In this document: positions 13,029 through 25,689 of the stretch, piece after piece | How the letters are laid out: each line of letters opens with the position of its first letter | Numbering within the stretch: position 1 is the stretch's first letter | NCBI RefSeq assembly: GCF_001194135.2 | Contig: NC_068984.1 | Span: 123,234,278-123,280,175 of the forward strand | Length of the DNA: 45,898 bases | Source of the DNA: Octopus bimaculoides | Taxonomy: Eukaryota | Direction: 5' to 3' | Program-made: the position numbers and the translations under genes | The notes under the pieces: model-generated | What the model was told of the DNA's origin: nothing | The model's input: the letters and a program-made list of their open reading frames with translations, nothing else | Database searches by the model: none

Positions 13029-13245
13029 AAGCGGTGAGCTGGCAGAATTGTTAGCATGCGAGATGAAATGCTTAGTGGTATTTCGCCTGTCGCTATGTTC
13101 TGAGCCCAAATTCCGCCGAGGCTAACTTTGCCTTTCATCCTTTCAGGGTCAATAAAATAAGTACCAGTTGAACACTGGGGTCAATGTAATCGACTCATCC
13201 CCACCTCCCTCGAGCTGCCCTTGTGGCAAAAATTTGAAATAATTT
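13029..13245 (+). mobile_element. family A SINE, full length
   Basis: gcggtgagctggcagaattgttagc head and conserved body. Confidence 0.85.
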
Positions 13246-13586
13246 TTACTACTAAAGTTGGTACAGAAGAATTTTTAGAGTACTCTGCTGTATTTAATGA
13301 TATTGTTTTACAATCTGAGTTCAAATCTCACCTGGGTCAGTAAATTATTGTTGTTGAAAGTGATTTCACAATATGGTAAATGTCAGCTTTCTTTTGTCCA
13401 GTGTTTATAAAAGAAAATGATTTAATTGACTGACTGTGCCACCTTCCACCAATATGTGGCCATGTACCAAAGTTATAAACCTTTATTATTAGTAGTTTTA
13501 ATGCCTTTCAATATTTTTTTGTTTTGTTCCTCTGTATTCTGAGTCAAACTTTGCCTGGTTCAACATTGAAATTCATTCCTCTAGGG

Positions 13587-13976
13587 CAGTAGTTCTCAAC
13601 TTGGGTCCACATGACCCCTGGCGGGGTCCAGATAAAATTTTGGGAGATCTATACAAGCAAAACAGTAAATTGGGAGCTCTTAGTTGTATTTTAAGGGTTC
13701 AATGAAAAAACTTTGCTTTAGATGTATTTATTACAAGAAACATCTTGGTTCCTTTTTCTAACACTTAACGTAGTTCGACATATTTTCATCCACTGAAACA
13801 TGTTTTCAAAGAGAGAGCGATTGCAAACCTACACAAATGAATGGATGAAAAAGGAAATAGGAAGTTTGAAAGAATCATCACTAAAACTAGTTTTTAAGCA
13901 CCAAATGGCTATGGGGTCCACCAGAGTAAAATAGTAATCAAAGGGTCCATAAGTAAAAAAAGGTTGAGAGCCGCTA
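13587..13976 (+). mobile_element. hAT/Charlie-type MITE
   Basis: TIRs cagtagttctcaac / gttgagagccgcta; left flank ctctaggg resembles the Charlie NTCTAGAN target. Confidence 0.7.
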
Positions 13977-14096
13977 CATTGGTCACATTCTGGAAGTTGA
14001 TTCATCTTACTGTACTCTTTGACCAATGCAACGTGTCATTATTGTTGTTACTATGATTACGGAAACCAATATAAATTATTATCATTATTATTATTT

Positions 14097-14471
14097 TTTA
14101 CTTTTAATCTGCATGTTTGTTACAGTCACTTGCCGAGACACACCCAATGTCCTAGGGTGAGTGAAGGATAAGTGATGTTACAGCATGACTGGAAGCTTGG
14201 GGAGGAGAAGTAGTGAAATATCTTCATGTAATACAACACAGACATTTAAATTGATAGGGTTTTTCTAAGGATGTGGGCAGTACTTGTCAGTACAATCTTT
14301 TGGATTTCTCTGAGACATGGTTCTCCTGGGATCTTATCTAGATGTTTCTGATATCCCTTTTTTTATCATACCTGGGGCACCTACAATAACAGGAACAGTT
14401 CTTGTTTCAAGATGCCACATCTTTTGTATTTCAATATCCAGGTTCTTATATTTACTTAGTTTGTCAAGTTC

Positions 14472-14477
<6 letters not shown>
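14097..14477 (-). mobile_element. third R4/Dong-type subfamily 3' end
   Basis: minus strand reads KELDKLSKYKNLDIEIQKMWHLETRTVPVIVGAPGMIKK; distinct 3' UTR; (ATT)-rich tracts on both sides. Confidence 0.75.
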
Positions 14478-14516
<39 letters not shown>

Positions 14517-14550
14517 TATTTTTGTTTTTTTGTTTTTTTTTTTTGTTTTG

Positions 14551-15300
14551 ACTGTCTGCTTGTTCTGGGTTCAAATTCTGCCGAGGTTGACTTTGCCTTT
14601 CATCCTTTCGGAGGTCAATAAATTAAGTATCAGTTGAATGCTGGGGTCAATGTACTCAACTAGAACCCTCCCCGCCAAATTCCTGTCCTTGTGCCAAAAT
14701 TTGAAACCATTATTATCATAATTATTATTATATTGATGAACATCATTTTTATTACTATAATAATGAACATTGTCACCGTCTTCATTATTCTCATGATGAT
14801 GACCACTATTATTTTGTATTCATTTCACTTAATTGTTTTTATTCATTACTTGCTATGTCATCATCCAAAGACAGGCATAGGTCAAGGCTATCTGGTAGTT
14901 ATTATTAGGTATATGGAGTGTGGTGAGTTGGAAGAATCATTTGCATGCAGACAAAATCCTTTGTAGCATTTCTTCTGGCTTTATGTTCTGAGTTCAAATG
15001 CCACTGAAGTCAAAATTGCCTTTCATTTTTTGGGGTCATGTAATTGCTTTGTGCTAAAAGAATTAGAAAGAATTATTATTAGATCATTGGAGCAACAGAA
15101 ATTGTGGAAGATTGGGCACAATGCCTTGTGTTATTTAGTTCTGTCACTTTATATTCTGAATTCTAATTTCAGTAGGGGTTACTTTGTTTTCAGCCTCCTG
15201 TGGTCAATAAAATAAGCATCAGTATCACACTAGAATCAATGCAATCAAATAAATCTATTCAGTGCATATTTGTGGTTATGTGCCAAACTTAGAAATCTTT
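14551..15300 (+). mobile_element. cluster of about three family A SINE copies of varying decay
   Basis: repeated gttcaaat..cctttcat..gaaacc/gaaag-(ATT) modules at about 14551, 14915 and 15085. Confidence 0.65.
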
Positions 15301-15360
15301 GCTGCTGCTGCTGTTGCTATGATAAATATTATATGTGATCATGGAAAACTGTGAAATATT

Positions 15361-15552
15361 GGTTTCAAATTTTGGCACAAGGCCAGCAATTTTGGAGGAG
15401 GAATTAAGTTGACTATGTCAACTCCAATGTTTAACTGGTATTTATTTTATCAACCCTGAAAGGATGAAAGGCAAAATTGACCTCAGTGGAATTTGAACTC
15501 AGAATGTAAAGACAGATGAAATGCTTGCTAAGCATTTTTGCCCAGTGTGCTA
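15361..15552 (-). mobile_element. family A SINE in reverse orientation with a perfect 16-bp TSD
   Basis: aaaactgtgaaatatt at 15345-15360 and 15553-15568. Confidence 0.85.
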
Positions 15553-16188
15553 AAAACTGTGAAATATTAGTTCTTGTTTAACCTAAGTTCAGGGCTAAAC
15601 CAGTTGATTGAAACAGCTTATGTATGGAAACCCATGCCAGCATGGACAACAAGTGTTAAATGATGATGATGATGAAGATGACTGCATTATCTAATGTATT
15701 GTTCCTTTTTAAAGATAGTAAGCTATTTCTAATAAAGCAAGTGGTCAAATAGAGAATTCATTTTTGGCTGAAGCTCACTTGATATCAGTTTTAAATATTA
15801 GTTGTAAATAATAATGATGTTGATAATGATGATGATGATAACATCAATGGTGGTGGGCTATTTAACATACTGTTCACTTTGTTTTGTATTAGACTATGTT
15901 TCTAGCTTTGCTTTAAAAGAATTTTGGGATAATAACCCCTGTAGAGAACATGCAAGGATTTAATAACTAGTTTGTTTGACGCACATGCTTTCTCTGTGGA
16001 TTTATCATTGTACAAATGCTTTAGAGCAAGGCAAGAAATATAGCCTTCTATAGGACTAATGAAATCATATGTTGTAGATTGTGCTACATAACTTTCTTTG
16101 TATTCTATTCCTTTACTGTTGAATTATTTATTGTATATTTGATCTTATTGTTCTATATCAAAAGAAACATGTTTATTTCTTTTCACAG

Positions 16189-16332
16189 GATCAATTCGTG
16201 CAGAATCAATAGCTGCATCTCGTGTGGAGCATGCTTTGTCTGAAGTGGCTTCTTCTATGAACAGTTCCTACGTCCCACGCCATGGTTCTCAACAGATTTG
16301 GATGCTACAAGCTCAGATATGGTTACATTTAG
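16189..16332 (+). CDS. TTC7: TTC7-like exon 3 (144 nt, phase 1-1): (G)SIRAESIAASRVEHALSEVASSMNSSYVPRHGSQQIWMLQAQIWLHL(A)
   Basis: tttcacag acceptor and AG|gtgctg donor; the AASRVEQALSEVASS and AQIWLH motifs of TTC7 are recognisable. Confidence 0.93.
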
Positions 16333-16718
16333 GTGCTGATCTGCTGATCTTTTTTATAATTCACTTCTAATATTATTTAATCACTGGCTAAAATCAACTT
16401 CTTTGTTTTTGTTCTGGAGGGAAACAAATATTTTCATAGTATTGCTAAATCCTGCTTTGGTATATAGCCAGGGAACTTATTAATTTGGAGCACTTAGATC
16501 AACAACAACAACAACAACAACAGCATCAGTAGCAACAATATATGAGTATCAAATTAACTCCAGGATGTTTATATTCTTACACATACACTTGTATATTCAA
16601 ACACACACACACATATATATATACACATAAATACTGGGTACCTCAGAAAATGTACACACTCATTATTATATCATGTTTATTATGTTATACTCTGTGTGCG
16701 TGTGTGTGTGCATGCGCG

Positions 16719-16750
<32 letters not shown>

Positions 16751-17841
16751 AAGAGAGAGAGAGAGAGAAAGAGAGAGCATACTAACATATTTATGATAAA
16801 TATCGCTGTAGAATGTCTGTGTACATGTTGAGACACCTGTTATGTTTGTTGTAGAATGGGCGGTAGAAGTACTTATGTACTAATTGTTTAGCCGTTTTAA
16901 AAACAATTTTACAATCATTTTCCCATCATAGCTGGTATAGAATTGCTTTTGATAGTTTGGACATTTCCACATGAGCTATTAGACCAAATTGTTGTTGTTG
17001 TTGTTGTTTAACCCCAGGTCGGTCCTGATCAAGAAAATTTATGTTCAAAGACATTCTAGATATGACTATCCTATTTTTTTTTACATACATATATAGAACT
17101 ACAATTTTAGTTGTATTCCTTCTTTATTGAAGATTGCAGGGTTTAATTTGAGGAAGATTTAGCTGCTATTCATAGCAGGCAAGCAACCATGAAGAGGCTT
17201 CACATTTTACAGCTGCATCTTAATTGTTGAACTATAAAATGAGAATAGCACCTATTTTTAGTTGTTGGGGGAACAGAAAAAAACCCCCTTTTTTTGTAGC
17301 AATACCATGGGTTTAAACTCATGATTTGTTGTCTAGTTCCTTAACATTGCTTCACCCCTTGTATTAGCAGGTAGCCATTTTCCTGATTCTCTCTCGACAG
17401 GTGCCATGCTTACAGGTGTCAGGAGTCATGGGCCTAAATGCCAAAGTCTGGAAATTCATGGTTTTTCTTGGGAAAGATATAGCAGTGGTTTCCTGTTTTC
17501 TTCTGCTGGTTTATTTACAGCTTACTCTGCTTATCTCCCACTGGGCCTGTGAGACACATGTTGGAGAGTAGGGAGCAGCCTTCCTGTGTGTCCTGTATGC
17601 CTTAACCACAGGAACATCTTTCGCTCTGCAGCTCATAACCAGGGCTCTTGATAAGTACCACCACACTGGGACAGAGTGAACCTGGAAGTAGAAGGGACTA
17701 AGGAGTAATTCTGTTCTTCCCCAAACTCCTAAACTTCCTAAGTGGAACCTCACCACTAGAAGGAGTTTAATGTCTTACCTTGGACTTTTTCTTGCATATG
17801 GATATTGTGTGCTCTTTTGTGGTATATTTTAAAGAAAAAAA

Positions 17842-18150
17842 TTTTGGGCATGTGTCTTCTACTATAGCCTCAGGCTGAACAAAGCCTTGTGAGTGGATTA
17901 GGTAGACGGAAACTGAAAGAAGCCCATCGTATGTGTGTGTGTGTGTGTGTGCGTGTGTGTGTGTGTGTGTCCCAACATCGCTTGACAACCGATGCTGATG
18001 TGTTTACATCCCTGTAACTTAGAGGTCCGGCAAAAGAGATCGATAGAAGAAGTACTAGGCTTACAAAGAATAAATCCTGGGGTCAATTTGCTCAGGTGGT
18101 GCTCCAGCATGGCTGCAATCAAATGACTGAAACAAGTAAAAGAATAAAAG
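17842..18150 (+). mobile_element. family B SINE, 5'-truncated, internal (GT)n, gaaacaagtaaaaga tail
   Basis: collinear with 38922-39356. Confidence 0.8.
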
Positions 18151-18174
18151 TACTGGCAATGACTAAAACATTAT

Positions 18175-18719
18175 AGTTATGTTTGCATGATAAAGAGAAT
18201 GTGGAGCATTGTTATATGGGAAAAGGTTCTCATTGAAGATGTAAGGAAGGGTCTATAGGAGTTGCGTGAGAGCCTCAATGCTGTATGGGAAAGAGAGATG
18301 GCAATTTTGAGAAGGACCAAGAGAATAATGGTGAGAGAAATGTGTGGTGCGAAGCTGTTTGATAAAAAGAGGACTGAGGACTTGATGGGGATGCTGGGGT
18401 TGGAGGAATTGGTGGAATGGCTGGCAAGGGGGGATGGAGTGCAGTGGTATGGGCATGTGTTGAGGAGGGATGAGGAGCATGTTCTGAGGAGGGTGCTTGA
18501 GTTTGAGGGAAATGGACCATGAAAGCGAGGTAGACAGAGGAAAAAGTAGAGGGGACAAGTAGAGGAAGAGATTGGGCGGGTTGGCTTGAGAAAAGAGGAT
18601 GGTTAAAACAAGATGAGATGGTGTGAGGGCGGTTGCTATGGCATTGAGGTAGATCAGGCCACCCCTGTTAACGGGGATAAAACCTGGATTTAAAACACTG
18701 GATGATGATGGATGATGAT
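18175..18719 (+). mobile_element. RTE-clade LINE 3' fragment, second subfamily
   Basis: ORF 18262-18522 with WYGHVLRRDEEHVLRRVLEF; (GAT)n tail with a different UTR from 41290-41557. Confidence 0.8.
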
Positions 18720-20799
18720 AAAGGCAAGAAATGTCAATGACTTTCAAACTTTCTAGATGGTTGACAAAAAAAAGTTTCTGTATTTTGTAACGTCCTAAGA
18801 AAGAAGTAATTTGCTGACATTCTAAAATGTCACAATGGAAAATGTAATTAACTCTTTTACTGCAGATATCAGATAAATATATTCACTCAAAATTTCATTA
18901 CCCTTAGCAGTGGAAAGCAGTTTTATATACCAATCTATCTTTGTTGAAGAATGTCATGTTGTTTGGAACTTTTTTTGTTGATATGTGTCACATTCATTGA
19001 GGCAATGTGACTTTCAGAAAATGCCAATTCTATTTTTTGGTAGATTTATAACATCATTACTGGAATAACCATGAAATTTAATTTTACAGTGAAAGGGATA
19101 ATATTCAGTATCTCAAATTTGTATAAATTACAGAACTGTAGATGAAGGCTTCAAATGTTACTAGGATAATCTGATTAATAATATATGTAGATGAGGAAAA
19201 AGAAAGACATTATAGTAGAATGAGTATTAGGTGAATAATAGTGTTGATATATTTGAATGTGTAAAAGTGTTTCAGAGGTTTCACCAGAATCATAGCAACC
19301 TTGACCAGAATGAATCCATTATAAGAAAGTGATGTCAGTCTCCATTATATAATATATTGATTCTTTAGAATACATGTTAGCATGCATCTGGGTTCTTTTG
19401 TAGTTAAATACGGCAAGCTATAGAACTATTCAGCAACTGCTGTTTGCTCTTTTCTTCAATTGAATTAAATAGAAAGAAAGAGAAAGGGGAAAGAGAGAGA
19501 GAGAGAGTGTTATTTCCATACAATGAAATGTTTGAAAAATCTCTATAGCTCTTTGGTTTGGATAATGTCATTTCTGANNNNNNNNNNCCCCCCCCCCCCG
19601 CTCTTTCAATACTTACTTCAGTCACAACCCCCAACCTTCAACCTTCACACTCCACTTCCTTTGCTCATCCCACCACCCCTCCCACCTTTCTTTTCTATTT
19701 TATTTATATATTTATTTATTCATTCATTTGTTTATATCCCACCCAATCTTCACAACCACTGCAACCACCGCTACCTCAGCTTCACCATTTCTATTGTCCT
19801 CTAAAATAACATCAAGTCAGACAACATCATGTTATTTGCCAGTGTGAATACAAAACAAATGCTGGGATGTTGAGAAGTACTTCCCAGTTCTCTACTAACT
19901 AGCTTCTTTCACCAGTCTGACTTGTCTATTCAGTCCTCATATTGGCTGTTTCAATGCTCTATAATTGCATTTTCTCTATTAATACTGATGCAATCAAGTC
20001 TGGCTTGTCTCTCTGACAAATAACTGATATTTCTGCTTTGTTTTTGGCCTTGGAACATTTTCTTTTATTACCCCTCTTGTTCTCTCCTCTTACAAGATCT
20101 ACGCTCCATGGTTCTGGCATTCTTACACAATAGCTCCATGCAGTAGAAACTATCGAACTGTTTGTTTTGTTATGGCAAAATGAATTCAATCAAGATTAGT
20201 TTTATACAGACTTATGTCTTCTTTTTTTTTCTTTCTATTTTTTGTTGTTGGTCTTGATTTTCTCTTCATCTTCTTTTTCTTGTCTTTTCTCCTTCCTCTT
20301 CATTTTCTTTGTCTTTCTTCATCTTCATGTTTCTTCTTCTTCTTCTTCTCCTCCTCCTCCTCCCCACCACCACCACCGCCACTGCCACTACTCTCTTGCT
20401 TTATCCCAAGAACTGTTGAAGGGTAAGCATTGTGGTATCAGTGGTGGCTGATTATTAATACAATTAGGCAAACATTGATTGATTGCAAGAGGCACCCTTT
20501 TGTTTTGTTTTACTCACTGAGATGTGATGTCTTAGCATAGAATAAACAAACACAATACGTGATGGTGGTGGCGATCAAGAGGAGGAGGAGGAGGAAGCAG
20601 AAGAGGAAGAAGAAAATAGTTTTAGCCTAGAAACAAACAGTTGATTTATTGGAATTTTTTTCTTTTTTTGTCAGTTCAGTATACGTCAATAGATTGCACT
20701 TTAGAATATACCGATGCAGCTGAATATTTTCAACAACAACAGCTACTACTGTTGTTGTTGTTGTTGTTGATGATGATGTTGGTGTTGATGTTATCATTG

Positions 20800-20975
20800 T
20801 GGAGTGTTGGACTAAGTGTCTTGCAGTATCTTGTTAAATTCTTTTACATACTGAGTTCAAATCCTTCTTGAGTTGATAAAATAGGTACCTCTCACCTAAT
20901 GGAATTGAGTGAATCAATTAGTGTGTGCTATCAAATTTACAGCCTTGTGCTTATGTTAGAAATTATTATTATTTC

Positions 20976-21017
<42 letters not shown>

Positions 21018-21235
21018 GGCAGCAAGCTGGCAGAATCATTAGCATGCCAGGCAAGATGCTTAGCAGCATTTCATCCATCTTTATGTTCAGAGTTCAAATT
21101 CTGCCAAGGTCAACTTTGCCTTTCATCCTTGTGGGGGGGATGTCGATGAAATAAATACCAGTTATACACTGGGGTTGATGTAATTGACTAGTCCCCTCCC
21201 CCAGAATTTCAGGCCTTGTGCCTATAGTAAATAGG

Positions 21236-21276
<41 letters not shown>

Positions 21277-22105
21277 AATTAAAAGAAGAGTGCCATTTGT
21301 TATCTGGTGAACGATATTTCGACATCTCGTGTGTCTTCAACTGGTTCAAAAAATAAATTTGTCAATCTACTTNNNNNNNNNNNNNNNNNNNNNNNNNNNN
21401 NNNNNNNNNNNNNNNNNNNNNNNNNNNNNNNNNNNNNNNNNNNNNNNNNNNNNNNNNNNNNNNNNNNNNNNNNNNNNNNNNNNNNNNNNNNNNNNNNNNN
21501 NNNNNNNNNNNNNNNNNNNNNNNNNNNNNNNNNNNNNNNNNNNNNNNNNNNNNNNNNNNNNNNNNNNNNNNNNNNNNNNNNNNNNNNNNNNNNNNNNNNN
21601 NNNNNNNNNNNNNNNNNNNNNNNNNNNNNNNNNNNNNNNNNNNNNNNNNNNNNNNNNNNNNNNNNNNTCTATATCTTCAGGAGGAGTTACCTCAATCCTT
21701 TCTATATTAACCAAAATGAAGTAGATTGACAAATTTATTTTTTGAACCAGTTGAAGACACACGAGATGTCGAAATATCGTTCACCAGATAACAAATGGCA
21801 CTCTTCTTTTAATTTTGACTCTATATCTTCAGGAGGAGTTACCTCAATCCTTTCTATATTATTATTATTATTATTAATATTATTATTATTAGGGTGTTGA
21901 GCTGGCAGAATTGTTAGCATGCCGGGCAAAATGCTTAGTGGTATTTTGTCTGTTGCAACATTCTGAGTTCAAATTCCGCCAAGGTCAACTTTGCCTTTCA
22001 TCCTTTCGAGGTCAATTAAATAAGTACAAGTTACGCACTAGGGTCAGTGTAATTGACTTAATCCCTTCCCCCAAATTTCAGGCCTTGTGCCTTCAGTAAA
22101 AAGTA

Positions 22106-22145
<40 letters not shown>

Positions 22146-22595
22146 GCGTATTATTATTAAGGCAGTAAGTTGACAGAATTGTAAGAGCACTGGGCAAAAT
22201 GCTTAGTGGCATTTCATCTGTCTTTATGCTCTGAGTTCAAATTCCACTGAGGTTGACTTTATCTTTCATTCTTTTGGGGTTGATAAAAGGGGTACCAGTT
22301 GAGCATTGGGGTTGATGTTATTGACTTACCCCCTCCCCCAAAGTTTCTGGCTTTGTGACAGAATTTGAAATCGTTATAATTATTACCAAAGCAACAAACT
22401 GGCAGAATTGTCAAATCACTAGCATTTTGTCTGTCTTTACATTCTCAGTTCAAATGCTGCTAAGGGTGAGTTTTTCTTCTATCAGTGTTGACAAAATAAA
22501 TACCAATTGAGCACTGGGGTCGATGTAATCGATCAGCTGCCTGCTCCCAAATTTCAGGCCTTGTGCCTATAGAAGAAAAAGATTATCATTATTTT
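20800..22595 (+). mobile_element. head-to-tail array of about five family A SINEs separated by (ATT)n
   Basis: copies start at about 20800, 21017, 21891, 22159 and 22386; interrupted by the inverted-repeat block 21275-21861. Confidence 0.85.
21275..21861. repeat. perfect 98-bp inverted repeat (21275-21372 / 21719-21816) plus a 42-bp direct repeat (21668-21709 / 21820-21861) around a gap
   Basis: base-by-base comparison; ORF track shows MCLQLVQKINLSIY on both strands. Confidence 0.95.
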
Positions 22596-23194
22596 TTAGT
22601 GTTAACTTTCATGTCTTTCACAAGGGCAAACAATTATGACGGATTTTTGCAGAACAAGATAGAGATGATTGAGTTGTTTTCCATAATATTACTAACTCTA
22701 ATTCTATAAACCTTCCTCTGTAGAGAAATCAAATGCAAAATTGAAATCAGCAGAATTTTATCTCAGAACTGAATGGGTTAAATTTAAATACTATTAGAAC
22801 ATTTTTATTTCTAATGCTCTACTGAGTTGCTCATCTTCATCAGTCTACCAAAAGTTGTAGCATTCTGACAATGGATTTTTTATATGTCTCTGTTGATTCT
22901 GTTTGGTTAAATTTTCATTTACTCCCACCAGTAAACTTTCTCACTAAACTACTGTATATTATTTTATTTTGAGACTTTCCTCTTTTATGTCAAGAGTTCT
23001 TGCTATTTCAACCATCTCAAATTATATATCTTTTTTTTTGTTTTTTATATATTATTCATTACTTATATTTGTGTCAGTTTTAGTTATTGTATTGGGAGAT
23101 TTTTGTTTTTCTCTTTCGAGTCATTAGATTTATTGCTAATGATGACAGTTAACAGTGACCATGTGTGGTTATAGTAGATGACGGAGGAAGGTAT

Positions 23195-23373
23195 CTCTTA
23201 TCTATTACTTGTTTCATTCATTTGTGCTGGGGCACCACTTTGAGGAATCTTTAGTCAAATGAATTGGCTCCAGTACTTTTTTAAAATTCTGGTACATATT
23301 CTATCAATTTCTGTTGCCAGACCATTAAGTTATGGGGATGCAAACACACTAACACCACTTCTCAAGTGGTGGA

Positions 23374-23454
<81 letters not shown>

Positions 23455-23600
23455 GCATGATGAGCTTGTTTTAGTTTCCGTCTACCAGATGCACTCACAA
23501 GGATTCATTGGCTCAAAGCTATAGTAGAAGACACCTATGCAGTGGGACTGAACCCAGAACCATGTAGTTGGGAAGCAAGCTTCTTACCACACAGGCATGC
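23195..23600 (-). mobile_element. family B SINE, near full length, reverse, with internal (CA)n at 23376-23454
   Basis: reverse complement of the head (ttcttaccacac, gggactgaaccc) and tail (tacttgtttc) of 38922-39356. Confidence 0.8.
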
Positions 23601-25689
23601 CTTTTCTACCAGTTTGTATTTTGGGCAGCTGAGAGGTTACCTTTTGCCTACCAGCCACACTCACAGTGATCACCATTGCCGTCATGAACTGTGCTTACTT
23701 TTTCTATGATAGTATGGGTTGACTGAGTCTACTTGATCAGTCAGTTGTGCAGATATTGTCATTTATCTCTTTCTTTGTCATCTTGTCTTTGAGAACCAAC
23801 AGACTGTGTAATTTGATCCTGTTAATGCTTCCTATGTTTCTTTTGCTTGCCCTCTTCCACAGGTATCTTCCATTATCACACCTTGTTTTCCACCCTTCAA
23901 GCAGTTACACGAGATATAAAAGCTTCCTAAGGCACGAAGGCTCTTAAGGATCAGTGCATAACTGTGTTTATATGATATTTTGTGAAGGAGATATAAATCT
24001 CTCCCTGGAAAGGATGCCAGTCTATTGTTAGTCGTACATTATCTGGTATTCATTCCCAACAGTTAGAATGAAACTAGAACAATGTAAAATAAAGTGATCT
24101 TTTTGAAACACAATGTAAAAACCAAGAGGAAAATTTGATTGCATGTTCCATGGGAAGGTAGTCTAATATTTCTTCACCTGGCCCTTCCCCACTCTACAAG
24201 GGGACATAGCTTTATACCACTGATAATACCCAAAGTGCCAGCTGTCTGATGACTAAAAACACAGGAAGAGCTTTCAGTAGGTTAATATCAGTGACACAAT
24301 CCCACCGCTACTGATAGCTAGCTGATTATCTTTAAAAGAGACATTTATCTGTTACACCAATGAATTACCATGTTGTTGAGAGAGCGGATTTTTGTCAGAC
24401 ATGCCTATGCTTCAGGTACACTCAAGCTGTGATGACTGTAGATATTATCTTTATCTTTATCATACTTGGTTGGACAGGATTCAAATTAACAATCTTAGAC
24501 AGGATATGTTTCAAGAAAGTTTTTTTCAGTCATTTAACAATTGCCATGCACTTTTTTTACAATTAGAAGTTTATTGTACAATTTGAATTAATCTGCTTGG
24601 GGTGAGGAAACTAGAGTTGTACAATTTGAATGTCATCTACTGTTTGTCATGCTCTTTGTTTTTACTCATGTCATGTTACAAAGGTCTTGGTGTTTGGTCT
24701 TATCTATCATTAATGCTTCTTAGTTCATAGTTAGGACCTATTAAAGCTAAAATATCAAGTAAACTTATTTCTCAGTTTTCTCTCGACTGTAAAGTAATCT
24801 TCACTACCTTCAAGTAAAAGACAAGTCCTTATTATTGTTTAGTCAGCTGATGTATTTGTATAACCATGGCCACCGCCACTGCCACCACCACCAACTATGG
24901 GAACCAGTATAATGCAAAATAGATATAACATCTTGCATATTTTGCTTCTACTTTCTTGTTTTTATCATTTTTATTTTTATATTTTGAGAAAGAAATGAAG
25001 TGGCCAGAGTTTTCATGGGCCTCCTTAAACTAAGAATGCGAAATAACTGAGTAAGAGTGGTTTAAAGATGATGTTACTATATTGCAAGTTATTATGATTG
25101 ACTAGTTTCGTCTAATAAAGGTTAAGAGTTAAATTATTATTTCTTCAACTAATTTTGTATCTATTTGCCCATAATAGTATGAGGGGTAGGAGAGCTTTTT
25201 GAAAATATAGACATCATCTTTATTTGAATTGTTGGAACTCATACACATATTGTGGTTAGATAATCTTTCTACTAATCCCCCACCTGTAAAGTGAAATTAG
25301 TTCTTGGGTTAGCTACATAGAATATTTGATCTTGTGATTTTCTGGTCAGTAGCCTCTCACATGATAGCTTTTATGCCTCTATGAATTTGGAAATTGAATT
25401 GTTTTATCACTCATTTAGTTCAACTGGATTTATTTATGTGAAAAAAGAAAAGAAAATCTACACTGGCCTACCCTTCCTCCACTCATCAAAAACTAGGTAA
25501 AAAAAAAAAAAACATTAAAAAAAATTATGACAATTAAAAAACCCAAAATAAACTATAATTAACAAATAATAAATAGACAGATGAAATAATTTACCTCCAA
25601 TTGATTCAGTTTGCAACAGGTACAAATATGTTAAACTGTTGATGGTGATGATGTTATGTAACGCATCAATTTGTTTCTTCCATTTGCAG

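Noticed and set aside
17400-17760. higher-complexity segment, possible RT remnant or nested exon
   Set aside because: no convincing motif or phase-compatible splice sites
19959-20189. minus-strand 76-aa ORF as a nested gene
   Set aside because: no recognisable homology; length is within chance expectation
20800-22595. CRISPR-like repeat-spacer array
   Set aside because: eukaryotic intron; units are SINEs of about 220 bp with microsatellite spacers
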